DNA from: the human T2T-CHM13v2.0 reference genome, Homo sapiens
Reading direction: 5' to 3' (one strand)
DNA: 64,000 nt
Assembly (NCBI RefSeq): GCF_009914755.1
Contig: NC_060935.1
The notes beneath the pieces are model-generated. The model did not search any database. It saw only the letters and a program-made list of their open reading frames with translations, and had not been told where the DNA came from. Below, one piece after another: positions 25,051 to 38,813 of this stretch (position 1 is the first letter of the stretch; each line of letters starts with the position of its first letter). Position numbers and translations under genes: made by a program.

Positions 25051-25469
25051 ATTATCAGTCTTTGAACCTATACCACTGGGGGAACATTCCACCCCATCCC
25101 CAGTCTATCAGATTTCACCTTTCAGCTCCTCTTCCAAATATCCTGTCTCCCTTATCTCAACTTGGGCACTCACTTGGCTTTTACTAGTTAATTTTGGAGT
25201 CTTTGCTCTTCAATTCTGCCTCAAGCCTAGCAATTAGGACTTCACCTACACATATTGTCTACCCCAGCAGTCATAAGTCTTCTTGAGCTCCTTCTGGCCA
25301 CATTGCACAAGAGTTACAGTTTCTCCTGCAACTCCTGGTATTTCTGCATAATAGAAAAGCAAACAAGAGGCAGAGAACCTTTTGATATTGGTGAACAGCA
25401 CCCAAGAGGGAGTCACAGCATCATTAGGAGTGAGGTAACAGGGAATCTGAGGTGTGTGTGGCTCATGTG

Positions 25470-25670
25470 AAGGTTCCAAGAAACACAGAGCTTAACTCCT
25501 GACTCATTTGCTGTGTGACATGGGCAAGTTACTTAACTTCTTTGGTCTTCTTATTCTACATTTGCAAAATAAGGAAAATTGTTCCTATAAGACAGAGCAC
25601 AATTTGTTATGAAGGTGAGGCCCATGGGACCCATGGCCCATTGCCTGGTGCTTAGATGATTTTATAATGT
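25470..25670 (+). mobile_element. MIR SINE
   Basis: gctgtgtgacatgggcaagttacttaacttct. Confidence 0.8.
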
Positions 25671-26269
25671 TGGTTTCTATAACCCATGCTGTGAAAGGGA
25701 TGGTTTCTGGAGAGTTCCTCACTGAGGAGTAATTTCAGTGAACACGACATTGGGTCTTCTCTGTTAGACTAATCTTGTTGCCCCAGAACTTAACCCCCAA
25801 AATAACCCCCGACCACCCTTCGCCTGAGCCTCAAGTGTGCCAAGAGCATGGAACTGTCTGATCTTTGGCGAAATCCACACTTGGGAGACATTCTGGAGAA
25901 TAGAATGGAGCCCTTTTCTGTGAGTAATCAATAACCACCATCCTGAGGCCCCAAGAAGAAAGTCCCTTTCTATAGGTTCCGTTCACACTACAGCTCCCAG
26001 GTTAGGACCTCCTGGGTGTCTGCTGGCCCTTACCCAGGCGAGGAATCTGCACCGACTAGGGGCTCCTGGATTCATGGTTCAGAATAGGTAGAAGGCTCAG
26101 AACAGGGAAACTGGGGAAGTTTCCTAGCCATAAGAGCTCTCAGCCAGATCCAAGGTGAAGAGGGACAGGTGGGAGTAGGGAACCATCATTGGCTGGGTCT
26201 TGCTCTGTGTCTGGTTCTCCTCTCCTCACTGCCTACATTACTCCAAAAAACTCTAACAGGGCTGTATGC

Positions 26270-26400
26270 TGGGTATTATCTCCCCACTTTTATGGAGGTA
26301 GAAACTCGTAGACTTTAAGTGACTTGCTCAAGGTCACACAGGTTTTGAATCTAGGTCTATCAGACAGCAAGGCTCATGGATTTTTCTTTATTACGCTGCT
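26270..26400 (-). mobile_element. MIR fragment
   Basis: attatctccccacttttatggaggtagaaact...taagtgacttgctcaaggtcacacag. Confidence 0.75.
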
Positions 26401-28304
26401 CCACGTGGGAAGGGATGGCAGGAAATGAAAGGAACTGAGAAGAAAGGGGCACTGAAGAATTCTGAGTCCAGGGCAGAGGGCCTGCAGCAATGTGAGATCT
26501 CAGGCTCTGAATGTCAGACTCTAGTCTTAGACATCTCCTTGCATTTGCCCCTGAGTCTTTCTTTTCAGAAGACAATTGTCAAGTGAGGCTTGGACACCTG
26601 GTCCCTCCTGCTTGCAATCAGGAAGGTCATCTCATAATTAACTTTGTGACACAATTCATTGGAATGAGAAGGGTATTCTTCAGTTGTTTTGTGGTGCAGA
26701 ACAAATGCCTCATGAATCAGCAACACATCAACCTGAGCCCAAGAACTAATAAAGAGAGAGAGAGTAATGAGTTGGCATCACTGAGGACAAAACTGCAGCC
26801 ACAAGCTCATCCTTCAAAGGGGCCCACAGTGCTTAGACTTGAAAGATGGACAGTCGCAGGAGGGATGAGTGGCAAGGCTGGGCAAGATACGGGGGGTGAG
26901 AGATGCAAAGAGGAAGAGAAGGAGGAGAAGGAGAGGGCTCCTGCAGGTCTTCTCACAAGATTTTGGGGAGGAATCAAAGGTACAGAAGTTTGAGGGTCAC
27001 GATACTATCACTAACAAATGGAGCAGGGACCAGACCGGCTTGGTGTATGGAGCACCCGTCAGAAGTGAAATGGCTAAATCATGGAGCCATACAGTCATGG
27101 GCTCTTGGTTCTCAGCATAGCATCCATGGGCCCATTCAGAGAAGAATGCAGACATAGAGATGAGACCTCTAGCTCATGTTCTGATTTTGAATCACACAAA
27201 CTATGACTTTATTTTTCCTTTGCTCACTCATTAGTTCACTCCTTTCTTCACCTATTCAATCAATAGTCATTGTTGAGTGTTGACTTTGGGCTGGATAAAT
27301 ATGGCAACCCTGGTTATGTCACACTGATCAAAAGTTCTGATTGACTGCTATGCATTGTAGACCTTTCATGTGTTGAGTCACAATGATATAATCCTAATAT
27401 CCAAATTTTAAAACGCAGTTTTAGTTACCTTTGATTTCTAAAACTAAAATATAAATTATTACACAACAGATGCATTTTATTTGCAAACAAAAATTTTAAA
27501 ACATGAGATTCAGTGAGGGCTAAAAAAGTCAGAATCATCTGAATTAGGATTAATCTCTTATTTTAGACATGAAGGGACTGAAGCCTTCAGAGAAAAAGGT
27601 TTTGCCCAAAGTCAACACAACTAACCTGAAACAAAAAGGAAATGGAAACCCAGAGAGTCCTGACTCCCAGCTCCATGCACTTCCCACTACATTCATATCA
27701 TGGAAGGAACAATAGTTGATCTTCATGCTCATGATGAGGCTGGCCTAGCTTTTAGGACACAGGCCAGCTTTCCTAAGCAGAGTATGACCAAGTACTTGTA
27801 AAGGTTCCCATATGCCTGCTGTGCAAGAAGCTGTCCTGAGCTTTCACATTCCTAAGTCTCCTCAGCCTTCCTCGTCTTCACCCTAGACCACAGCCTAGCT
27901 TGCATCAGCCTAGCTTGCATCAACATGAAGCCACCCTTCCCTCCAACTCAGAACTCAGTCTCCAGCTTGATGTGGGGGGCCTTTGGAATAATAAGGGACT
28001 CAGTAAAGGGCTTGGAGACTTTGACACAAAGGGCTGACAAGGAGACCTCACAGGAACGTACAGTGAAGTAACTTAGTTAGCAGATGGGAACCTTTGATTA
28101 AGAGAAGACATCTGAGGATAGGTTTGTTTTTTCAGTGACTGTGGGAGGGTTGAGATGAACCCTGACTTTGTACTTAGCCTTATATTACCAACAAGTCTTT
28201 ACTTTTATTTTGAGAGACAAGACTTATCACAAGAATAACCCAGGGAGGGCACCAACTCTAGTCAGTACTTTGCAATACTTATTTATGTGCATTCCTTGAC
28301 TCTT

Positions 28305-28385
28305 AAAAAATTGTATATATTTAAGGTATACAACATGCTGTTTTGATATACATACATGTAGTGAAATGATAACTACAGTTATATG
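28305..28385 (-). mobile_element. Short L1MA 3'-terminal fragment
   Basis: aaaaaattgtatatatttaaggtatacaacatg..ttttgatatacatacat..gtgaaatgat. Confidence 0.7.
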
Positions 28386-28472
28386 AACCTACAGTCAGGC
28401 AGCCATTGCCTCTTAAGCATCCTTTCCTTCTTAGAGTCTTTTCTTTCTACTCCCTCAGTATTATTAAAATAA

Positions 28473-29018
<546 letters not shown>

Positions 29019-29454
29019 TGAACACATTTTGTTATTTCCTGCACCCGGGCTTTTATATGACACAGGCTTATAGATGAGGAAAGCAAGGTTCAGAGAGATG
29101 AGTCATTTACCCAAGACCACAGGACTTTTAACAGGAAGCCAGAACTCTACTTTGGGCTGACTTTCTATAACTGATTTCTCCCTATGGAGTCTTGTAAGAT
29201 CAGGTAGGATTCAATGTAGAGCGATTTCAATAGCCAGGCTTTCATCCAATGTGGTAGTGCCCTCTCAAGTTGCTTGTGATTACAATTCTTTGCCCTGCCA
29301 GCAGGTGAATGGAAATTAACACTTGCTCTAGACCACACAGATAAAGGGAAGGTGAGACTCATTGGTGCTCCCTGATGGTGAGTTTTATCTAACTTTCTCT
29401 GTCTTCCCTGGCTGGGGCAAAGGGTTTCCTTGTGTTTCACTCAAGTGCAAGAAT

Positions 29455-29612
29455 TAATACCCATCTCATCCTCATCTTCTTCCCTCTCCCCTCCTCTATA
29501 TTCTCCTTTTTTACCTCCTGCTTCTCTCTTTCCATATTCTTCTCCTCATCTGCCACCTTTTATCTTTCTCCTTTTTTCTTATCTTTTTCTTTATTTCCTT
29601 TTTTTCTTTTCT
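29455..29612. repeat. Low-complexity polypyrimidine tract
   Basis: Direct read. Confidence 0.85.
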
Positions 29613-30143
29613 CACAATCCAAAGCAAGACAGCGTTTTTGATCCTGACTCTCACTGCTCCTTGGCAACTCACATGTTATAGCAGGAATTCAATAGCCCCT
29701 CTTTTCTCCTGTGCCTCTCATTCCAGTCTTCTACAAATTACTTGGTCTCATCCTACTATGCTATGCAATCTGGAGGTCTTGGGATCTGAAATCAGAACAT
29801 GTGTTTGCACCAGGGCTTGTTACAGCCTATGGGACCTTGAGCAAGTCACTTTCCTACTCAGAGCTTTTGCTGCTCTTTTTGGAGCCCTCAGCTGCATTAG
29901 GATTTCAGTACCAGAGCAGCTAGTGACCCTGCATTAACAGGAAATTAAGGGAAGCTGGACATGTGTGTTTACAGTGTGACTTTCATGAGATACTTCATTT
30001 ACCTGGCAGATAGCCAAATGCCCAGTTGTCTGAACCACAACCAGGAGGTTCCTCTCACAGGCATCTTGTTTATTTTGGCAGAACACTCTTGTGGCTTTTC
30101 TATGACCTATGTCCAGTTTATGCCAGCCTGACCATTGCTCTGC

Positions 30144-30676
30144 TGCTGGGAACTTATATTCCCTCTGGTGTCCTGGGGAAAATCCAGCCTGAAACAGCCC
30201 CTAGTTCTTTAGATGAAAGGTACAGATTCAATACACCACCACAATAGGAAACAAGTTCAAAGATTTTTTACTTATAGATCCCGAACAAGGAGGATGCAAT
30301 GAGTCAGGAGGGCAGTCTTTTGTCCCCAGGTCATGTGAGGCAAAAAAAAGAAGAGTCAGGCAGAGAGAGACAAAAGCATGTGGCAACTAGCAGGATATAT
30401 AAGGAACTAGGATATGGGTCACTTTAAGTTCATAAGCAAATGCTTGAATAGCCTGCTTAAAGGAAATGGAGGGAAAGTGGGAGCTCCATCTGCTAGGCAG
30501 GAAAAATGCATCTAAGTTCTTATCTCTGACCCCTAACTTGAGCCATTTGAAAGTGGTGTAGAACTAGAACTAGAAACTGTGTCAAGGGTGGCTGAACGCT
30601 GCTACAGGTGTGAGAATGTTAAACTTCTTTTCAAAAGGAATGCTAAGACAACATAAAATTATAATAATTCACTCCA
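30144..30676 (-). mobile_element. ERVL-class solo LTR, LTR47-like
   Basis: ctaagttcttatctctg...aactgtgtcaagggtg...caacataaaattataataattcactcca; TG...CA ends with near-TSD tctgc/gctgc. Confidence 0.7.
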
Positions 30677-31309
30677 GCTGCCTTGCTTTATAGTATGGAT
30701 AACTAAGACCACCTCCCTGGACTGTGGTGAGGATTAACTTAGATAAGATGCAATTAAAGTATCACGGTTAGCTACCAAGTGTCCTCTAAACTACAAAGTC
30801 TGGAAGGTCTGCTCATTCCTATGGATTTACTATCCTCCATTGCACCACATTGCTTGGACTCTGTTCTAGGTAAAATTGCTGCCACCTGCCCTAAGGAAGC
30901 ATTCTCATCACTGCATTTGTGCCTTAGCCCAGATCTGATCTGCTCATTTGTCATTTTTCATAGACCAGTTCCTACATAAACTCTTCCAGAAGCCTTCCCT
31001 GTAGCTGTCTCCCTAAACATTGGCATTCCCTCCAGAACTGGATTCTTCACTCTAGGCCTGTGGATGAAGGCTTTTCTAGTCAGTTAGGTATAAATGACAG
31101 AGAAAATATTTTTCTTTACATTCTCTGTGGTGCTATCCTACTTCTGAGCACAGGTGACACTCAGTCAATACTTGGCTTATTGATTTCCTGAAGTTCTCCA
31201 GAGTCCTAGCTTATTTTTTTCCTGGGGGTGTAGAAGACTGAAGATTTTTGAGTCATGTCGACTCCCTTCAATCTTTTTTGCAGAAATTCATGAAAGTATT
31301 TATAAGGAT

Positions 31310-31470
31310 GAACAGAACTCATTCTAAGGCCCAACTCTACGAATCTCCTCTGGCTGTGTGATCTTAGGCATATTACTTAACTTCTCTGATCCTCAATACC
31401 TTTCTCTGTAAAATGGGGATGTTACCTTATAGGGTTATTGTGAGGATTAAATGAGAGTATGGTTATAGGT
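31310..31470 (+). mobile_element. MIR SINE
   Basis: gctgtgtgatcttaggcatattacttaacttctctga...ctgtaaaatgggg...gtgaggattaaatgag. Confidence 0.88.
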
Positions 31471-32294
31471 TCTTCCAAAAATTAGTCTTAATTATTTTTA
31501 GGTCCACCACCTCTAGTTTCTTTTAAATGATTCATCTGTCTTGATTTCTTTCCTCATAGTACACACTGCAGTCCTTGACCTTTGAGCGTTCTTTCCTTCA
31601 TAAAGATGTCAGGTGAATATCTGAGGGCAACTGAGAAATCTGTATGTATGAATTGCTCAAGAGGTGAAAGGCAGCATTCAGAAGGCCTTTCAATCCAGTC
31701 GTTTGGAGGCAGACTTGCTGCCTTTCAATACTACGGACATTTTGACATACCCTCTCCTCTTCATTTTATCTTACCAAGTCATGGGTACAACAGATACCAT
31801 TGTGGCATACTTGTTCCTACTCCACCCTTGAGCCCAGCCCATGCCACAGTGGCCTTAGCAGAATGTCCACCTTCATGCCGGGAGAGGTAGTACAGAGGCC
31901 AAAAGGAAGTTGCTGAAGAGTGTCAACTGAAGACAGTGGAAACAGAGACCAACCTGTTCTGCTAAGGGGTCCATGCACAGAAGTGCAAACCAAAAAACTG
32001 GCATATGTCAAAACTGGAGTGGCTGCTATAAGATCAAGGCATGTCAGAATATGTCACTAAAGATCGAAGCAGATGGGGGGACTGGTCCCCCAGCAGGAAG
32101 AATGGAGCAGCCCTGGGAGCTCACACTGAATTCTTTGGGCTCCAAATTCTCATTCCAGCTAGATTTTTAAAATGTATTTGCTCAATGAGAATGAAAAAAG
32201 AATTAATTCTTAATTGAACCTCTGCCATGCGATTGGCACATTCATACATGCTTTATTCCATTTAATTGTCAATTAAAAAGTTACGAAAATAGCC

Positions 32295-32845
32295 CCCTGT
32301 AATGTGATTCTGACCTCATCTCATGCGTGCTTCTCTGCTTGGCTCCTTCCTCACTCTACTGCACCACACTGGCCTCCACCCTGTGGAGGAGTAGCTGGGA
32401 TGAAATTAAATCTAGCTGGAATGAGAATTTGGGGCCCAAACACTCTGATCTCACTCCTACCTCAAGGCCTTTGCACTTGCTCTTTCTTCTGTCTGGAATA
32501 TTTTTAGCTCAAATATTCGTATAGCTTACTCTCTTTTTTCCTTCAGATCTTTGCTAATGTGTGCCATATTCTCAGAGAGGCCTACCCTAAGAATGTTGTT
32601 TGAAATTACAATTCACCACCATAGCATTCCATATCTCCACTGTTTGTTTTTTCCTCCATGGAAATTATAGGTGTATGATATACATAAATGTATTTTTTAT
32701 TCTGCTTTTTATTATTTGTCACCCTGCACTAGAACCTAAGCCTCTTTGAGGAAAATCAGTGTTACATGCCTGGCACTTAGAACAACACTTGGCATATAGC
32801 AAACAAAAGTGCATTCAAAGAATGGATGAATGAATGAATGAATGG
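32295..32845 (+). mobile_element. L2 3' end with (TGAA)n tail
   Basis: cctcaaggcctttgcacttgct...gaatggatgaatgaatgaatgaatg. Confidence 0.85.
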
Positions 32846-32975
32846 GGATTATTTTTGTCATTTCATCAATGAGGAAACTGAGGCTCAGAAAGGTGAGATC
32901 CTACAGCCTGTGGTCATCCAGCAAGTGAGTGCTGAGCTGGGATCAAAGCCTGGTCTGCTAACTTCAGAGCCACCA
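32846..32975 (-). mobile_element. MIR fragment
   Basis: atgaggaaactgaggctcagaaaggtgag. Confidence 0.8.
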
Positions 32976-34134
32976 TGGCCCTTTCCACACTCCTTGTGTG
33001 CAGGGCAACACGATGGCGGCAACAGGGCATGAAACTGCATTGGGCTGAAGAGAAGTGAGAGGGAGAATCTGAGAAGTTCCCATGAGACAAGGTTGGAGAT
33101 CTAGAAAGCAGTGCTTAGAGCATTTTCCTATAAACTGTTGGGGGGCAAAGCTGAGGCAGCTTAGGCCAGAGTTAGTTTTCCTATCTGAGGCCAAGAATGG
33201 CCAGATGTGAGGTTAATGGTTATGTGATCTCTCTTTATCCTCTGTATGAATTACATAGTATTATCACCAGCGTCATGTTATAGACAGGCAATTCAATGTT
33301 AAGAGTATTTCAAATACTCTGAACTTTACTTTTTCATGACTGCACAAACCAGATCCTGTGACCTTTATCCCTTGCCCCTTCCTTTGCCTCTCTCAGCCTT
33401 TTCCCTGGTACCTGGATCCACCTGGCCACTTGGGAAAGCCAGAGTCAGGCTGCTCCCCCGCTGCCAGAGCTGACCTACAGCCAGTTCCCTACGCCTACCC
33501 TGACATGACAGTTCATGGGCTGTCAGCTTGGCTCTGGACTTGGAGCACACAGCTGGCCTCTGCCAGCCCTAGTTCCTGCCGGGCCAATCAGTGTATTTTC
33601 TCCACATGCAGGGAGGAACGGGGAATTCCCCACGACAAGAAACTGAGGTGTTTTATCCTGTAAAAAAATCACACAAGGCCCTAATTTAAATTCCTCACAC
33701 CTCACAAGAGGGTGGAGGTGCTGGAATCATTCTCATTTATCTGGTTTTAGTGCAGGACAGCCAGTGACAGGAATAGTGCTTGGTCTTGAACTTGGGAGCT
33801 GGAGAGGTATGACCTGGTCCACGGTGAAAAAAACACCTTGGTCAGGGTGGTGGCAAATGGGAAGTTGTGACAATCTAGATAGGGACCGAATGGAAGTCTA
33901 TTTGCTCTGACTGTGAAGAAAGTGTTTATGAAGTTAACGAGAAATATAAACAAGAACTGGAGGGGAATGCTACTGCTTCTAAGTGTGCTTGATATGCTAA
34001 TTACAAATTATGCTTATCTTTTTGTATTAAAGCCGGTCCCCTTAGGAATTTATATGTTAGCTAGTTGCTATGAGTATTTGAAAGATATTAGATGGGATTT
34101 CTTTAAAAATATGTTATAGCTTAAGCAAGCATTA

Positions 34135-34290
34135 CTATCTATTTACTCATTCATCAATTTATTTAATAAATATTTACTGAACTCTTATTTTGTGACATGA
34201 ACTAGGCAAGGTGCCTAAGGGAAAATAGCGAATGGAATGGAGGAGGACTCTGCCCTCAGGCCCTTCTTTTCTAGTCAGGGAGACCCTGTT
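34135..34290 (-). mobile_element. L2 3' tail
   Basis: tcattcatcaatttatttaataaatatttactgaac...ctctgccctcagg. Confidence 0.7.
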
Positions 34291-34444
34291 CTTGTTGGAC
34301 AGAGATGGTGTAGCTTGCTACAGTTTTAGAAGCAGAGTGAGCACATCTTAGAAAGCACATTGAAGGAAGGCCACCCTCTGTGCTCAAGAGGCAGCATACT
34401 AGGCCGCACAATAACTGACACCCTGGTCTTTTTAAGCTTTCCTT

Positions 34445-34625
34445 GCAGTGCCTGAGAGATCTAAGTTCCAATCTTAGCCCTACCACTTATTAGCTATGGG
34501 ACCTTGATGAGTCCCATAACCTAAATGAGCCTCAGAGGATAAATCTGCAAAATAGGGATACCAGTTTGAACCTCATGGGATTTTATGTACTAAATGAGAT
34601 GAAGGACTTAAAACACTTGTCCTAA
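34445..34625 (+). mobile_element. MIR SINE
   Basis: ccacttattagctatgggaccttg...tgagcctcag...ctgcaaaatagggata. Confidence 0.75.
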
Positions 34626-35427
34626 TAGAGAAAACAACATGTGGTGGCCAATATTATTATCAGCTTTTATCTCTAAAGTATGAGAAGTTATGTAATATTC
34701 TGAGCTTTAGCGTTATTCCCCTTAGCACATGCAGACAGGTGCATATATGGAAAAAATACATATTTGTGTGTTCAAACACACACATACCTTCACTACACAC
34801 AAATACATTTGCCTATGGACCTGCAAGATAAGTACCTGCATATTCACAAACACATGCACATATCCCAGTGCACACGCACTTCTTCATGGTCACTACTCCT
34901 TTTCTAGGCTTTCTTCACTCTCACCTGCATAGGCTTCTTTTAGTCCTCCTTCAAATTCCAAATATGAAGGACATCAGGACAAGTCACTTTGCTTGTCCGG
35001 CTTCCTCAGTTCCCCCAAGGACAGGGCTGGACTTAGTGATCTTAAAGATCCTCTTTGCTTGCTTTCCCTCTCTCTTATTTGTATGATTTTATTTCTTTTT
35101 ATCCCCCTTGGTTCACTATTTTTCTCCACTCTACACTCACCCTTGTCCCCTCTGAGGAAACATTCCATGGAAGATTCCTGTGATTTTGAGTTTACTCCAA
35201 CCAGAAATTTTTCATTCTTACTTTTCAAGCTTTGACTCCTGCGATGCTACTAGGGTTCTTCACTCTTACCTTCCAATGAACTGTGGGATCTAACTCCACC
35301 CCAAGGATTCTGTCAGCTTATCCATTGTTCTCTCCTCAATTTGGTCACTCCTGTCAAAGTTTCCTTTCATCTACAGAACACATTTGTGCTTCTCTAGAAT
35401 GTTTGTAATGGAAAATGGGAGAGCTGT

Positions 35428-35810
35428 TGCATTAGTCCATTTTCACACTGCTGTAAAGATATTACCCGAGACTGGGCAATTTATAAAGGAAAGAGGTTTA
35501 ATTGACTCACAGTTCCACATGGCTGGGGAGGCCTCAGGAAAATTACAATCACGGCACAAAGTGAAGGGGAAGCAAGGACGGTATTCACATAGTAGTAGGA
35601 GAGAGAAGAATGAGTGAAGTAGGAAGATCCCCTTATGAAACCATCAGATGTTGTTAGAACTCATTCACTATCACGAGAACAGCATGGGGTGAACTGCCCC
35701 CATGATCCAATCACCTCCCACCAGGTCCCACCCTTGACATGTGGGGATTACAGGAATTGTAACTAGAGAGGATACTTGGGTGAAGACACAGGTGCTGTGC
35801 TCAAGAGGCA
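35428..35810 (-). mobile_element. THE1 (THE1D-like) MaLR solo LTR with a replaced 5' terminus
   Basis: tgcattagtccattttcacactgct...aattgactcacagttccacatggctggggaggcctcagg...gggtgaagacacag; TSD gctgt at 35423-35427 and 35811-35815. Confidence 0.92.
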
Positions 35811-36459
35811 GCTGTTGCTGTCCTCAGTGGTGAAATTGGAGATGAATTCACCCTCAAACATTCATTCAGAGCCCATGCCTAGGCATGGACAGAAGCGCAT
35901 GCACTTGCATTCTGGGCAGACACACATGCTCTCATATACTCTTTATTTTATCTGCTCGTTTCTTTCTGCTGCCCTTTGGCTCCATCCTTTCAAGTTTACC
36001 TACTAGAAGGCAGACCTCAGGTGGAAGGGCAAGTTGTGTTTTTCTGCTTCAGTGGTGTTGTATTTTATTCTGCTTCTCAAGAGGGCTTTATTTCCACCGA
36101 AAGTGAACCTGAAATCCTAGTGTTTTACTCCTCTTTCTAGGTGTTTATTGGAGATTAACATGCAATTGAAGTGGACCTAGAAAGCTGGTAGGAAAACAGG
36201 GAGCTGGTCCCCTATGTAGAGAGGCTATTGTGATATTTCTTGGATGGGCTAGGAAGAGTAATTTACAGTTTTAGAAAGTCTAAAGTTTTGACCTATTTGT
36301 CAAGCAAACATGATTTGATTATTTAGAATACAGACCAGAGCAGAAATAACTCCTAGAAACTTCCTTAGCCACTGTTCCATTCTACTCTAGACACCTCCAG
36401 CCTCCTGAGATCACCTCTATCACAGTCCAGACTATTTTTGCATATGATTTTTGGTTTAC

Positions 36460-36932
36460 TTGTGTATCAGCTAAGAAACAGGTGGCACGCTCAGATTGTG
36501 TCATTTAAGGAGTGTTTACCAAAAAGTAACCATTTACAATGATGCGGACAGGGCTTAGGGAAACCAAAAAAAAGATAACACAGTACCCCAGAACTAGTAA
36601 CAGTGGGAGTCCTTGCTACTCCAGGTCTGCAGGCACAAGGGAAATTAGTGGTTACCTGATAGGAGCTGTGACTCCTGATAGAGGGACTCAGCCATCGTTT
36701 AGTGTGTGTTTTCAGAGGGAGCTGGAAATGAACATCCTGACTTCATCGTCTTTCCACCGTTTGATCTCCCAGCGCCTCCCACTGACCAAATCCAACCTGA
36801 AGCCAGTAGGCAAGGTAGCCCACTGAAGTGGTTCAGCAGCCTTTCAGAACACAGAGTGGGACCAAGAAGAGTAGAAAGTAAATCTCAGAGTGATGGGGAG
36901 AGGAGATGGGTGGATGGGATAGATCCAGCAAA
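36460..36932 (-). mobile_element. LTR33-like ERVL solo LTR
   Basis: cccactgaccaaatccaacctgaagccagtaggcaagg..gccc...acacagagtggg...gatagatccagca. Confidence 0.7.
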
Positions 36933-37349
36933 CTGTTGTCTCCTTCCCTAGCCTGTGAGAGGCTTTTCAACTGGGCATGTAGTTTTCATTTTGTAGCCCA
37001 AGCCCAAATTCAAGCCCTGACAAATAGAAAGAGCTTCATAAACTCTGAATAAGTGAATGGATATAGAGATGGTAAGTAGATGAAAAATTAAATGACCAAA
37101 TGACCGAATGACTGAAAGGTCGGTTGACAAAATTTTTCCTACTGGAGAAGATGAGCTGCTCTGGTAACTACCCAAGAACAATTTGTAATTAACATATCAA
37201 AAATACTTCTAAAGGCCTTAAAAGACTTTGTCTCTTCTGCAGTTTAAGTAGTCAGCACAGAAGCTTGTGTACAGGGTGAAATTCCTTCCTTCATAGCAGA
37301 GATTAAGCACCTCCCACCTCCTGTTCCAAAGATCTCAAATTCTGAATTA

Positions 37350-37900
37350 GGAGAGACATGAATTAATGAGTTCTTCGTGTAACAAGAAAAACCTCTTTTA
37401 ATAACTAAGAGTTAAACAGAGTTTGGATCCCTGCTGATCTTATTGGCAAAATTAAATAAAAGTGACATTCTGCTGGCCCAAGCAAATTAGCAGCCAGCCT
37501 GTGTAAAGTCTCAGTTAACCCGAGACATTGTGTGATGTATTACCCATTGTTTGACGTACTTTCATAAGAGCAAGACGAAGTGTCCCATCCTTTAGACTCT
37601 GGTAATGTGCCTCATTGTTAAATTCAATAGGAAAAGCGATTCATACTGTGGTATGATTGAAAAGAAAATTGAATCCTTTTGATGTTATAAATGTGTCTAT
37701 TACTGCGTGTGCACACAAATTTTCCATGGAAATTATGGTGAAAGTAGTGATTCTCCTCGAAAAATGCATTAGTGTTGACATGTTCAATTTTATCTGCATC
37801 AGAATATAAATACCCTTTAACCATGGTCAAATTGTGCGGAATGTATATACCACATCTGCATAAGTCACTTGTCTATCCACCTACTGGAAAAAAAAATGCA
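37350..37900. promoter_or_regulatory. Candidate enhancer / conserved non-coding element
   Basis: Repeat-free; three CATTGT SOX motifs, TAAT cores, several retained CpGs; conservation not tested. Confidence 0.35.
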
Positions 37901-38469
37901 TTGAGCCCTGAGAGCTATCCTGGTTCTCCATTTACAGTTTTAAAAATATATATTATTAAAAGCATTGGCGCAAGATTTGTGTGAGGGTATTTTTAATTTA
38001 AAAAAACAGTTTCAAAAAGCAAAGGTCTGTAATTTCATGTCCTGATTACACAAAACAAGTTTGAGAGCTTGGAGAGACCTGGAGAGTTGTTGTCTGAGTG
38101 TCATGCCAGCATGGACCCCCAGGCCATTACTGGTTATGCACTAACTGAGTGGGCGTGGAATCTTTTTATAAGGACATAGGTGGTGTGCCACTCAACTTGG
38201 CATCGTGGTTTCAAATCTCTTCGCTTACAAGCCAAATGAGGACAGTAAACTGCTGGCTACTTCTTGCCTCCTTCCTCCTAAGTCAACCCCTTATTTGGCT
38301 CTGCTCCTCTATTCTCCTGCTCCTCCCTAGATGTGGAACTCCAGGGAGTCCCTTCTCCTCTCTGGACTTCAGCTTCCTCTCTGCAAATCAAGGGGATGGT
38401 TTCCACGTCCCTCAAAGTTAAATGCCTGATACTGTTTGAATGCATTATGCTCCTTTTTGCTTTCATCGC

Positions 38470-38754
38470 TTTATCAGTTGGCACTTTATGGGTCACAAAC
38501 AGCAGGACATTTAACACAAAATGACTTTAGAAAAATGAGAATGTATGGTTCCTTTGCCATCCTGCACTCCACAAAAAAAAAAAAAAGATCAGGCGTAAAT
38601 CTGGCAGAGAGGATCAGAACTGGGTGCCTCTCTTGGTTCTTCTCTCTCAGTGTTGACTCCATCCACAAACTCTCTTGGTGATCCCTTCTCCTGGTGACAA
38701 GATGGCTGCCCTCATGTTTATATCCTTTCTATTCCAAATTCAGCAGCGTGCGCG

Positions 38755-38813
<59 letters not shown>

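Noticed and set aside
26511-26993. 160-aa ORF, the longest not derived from Alu
   Set aside because: No recognisable domain; overlaps probable old MLT1-like sequence and a GA-rich stretch; length compatible with chance in 64 kb
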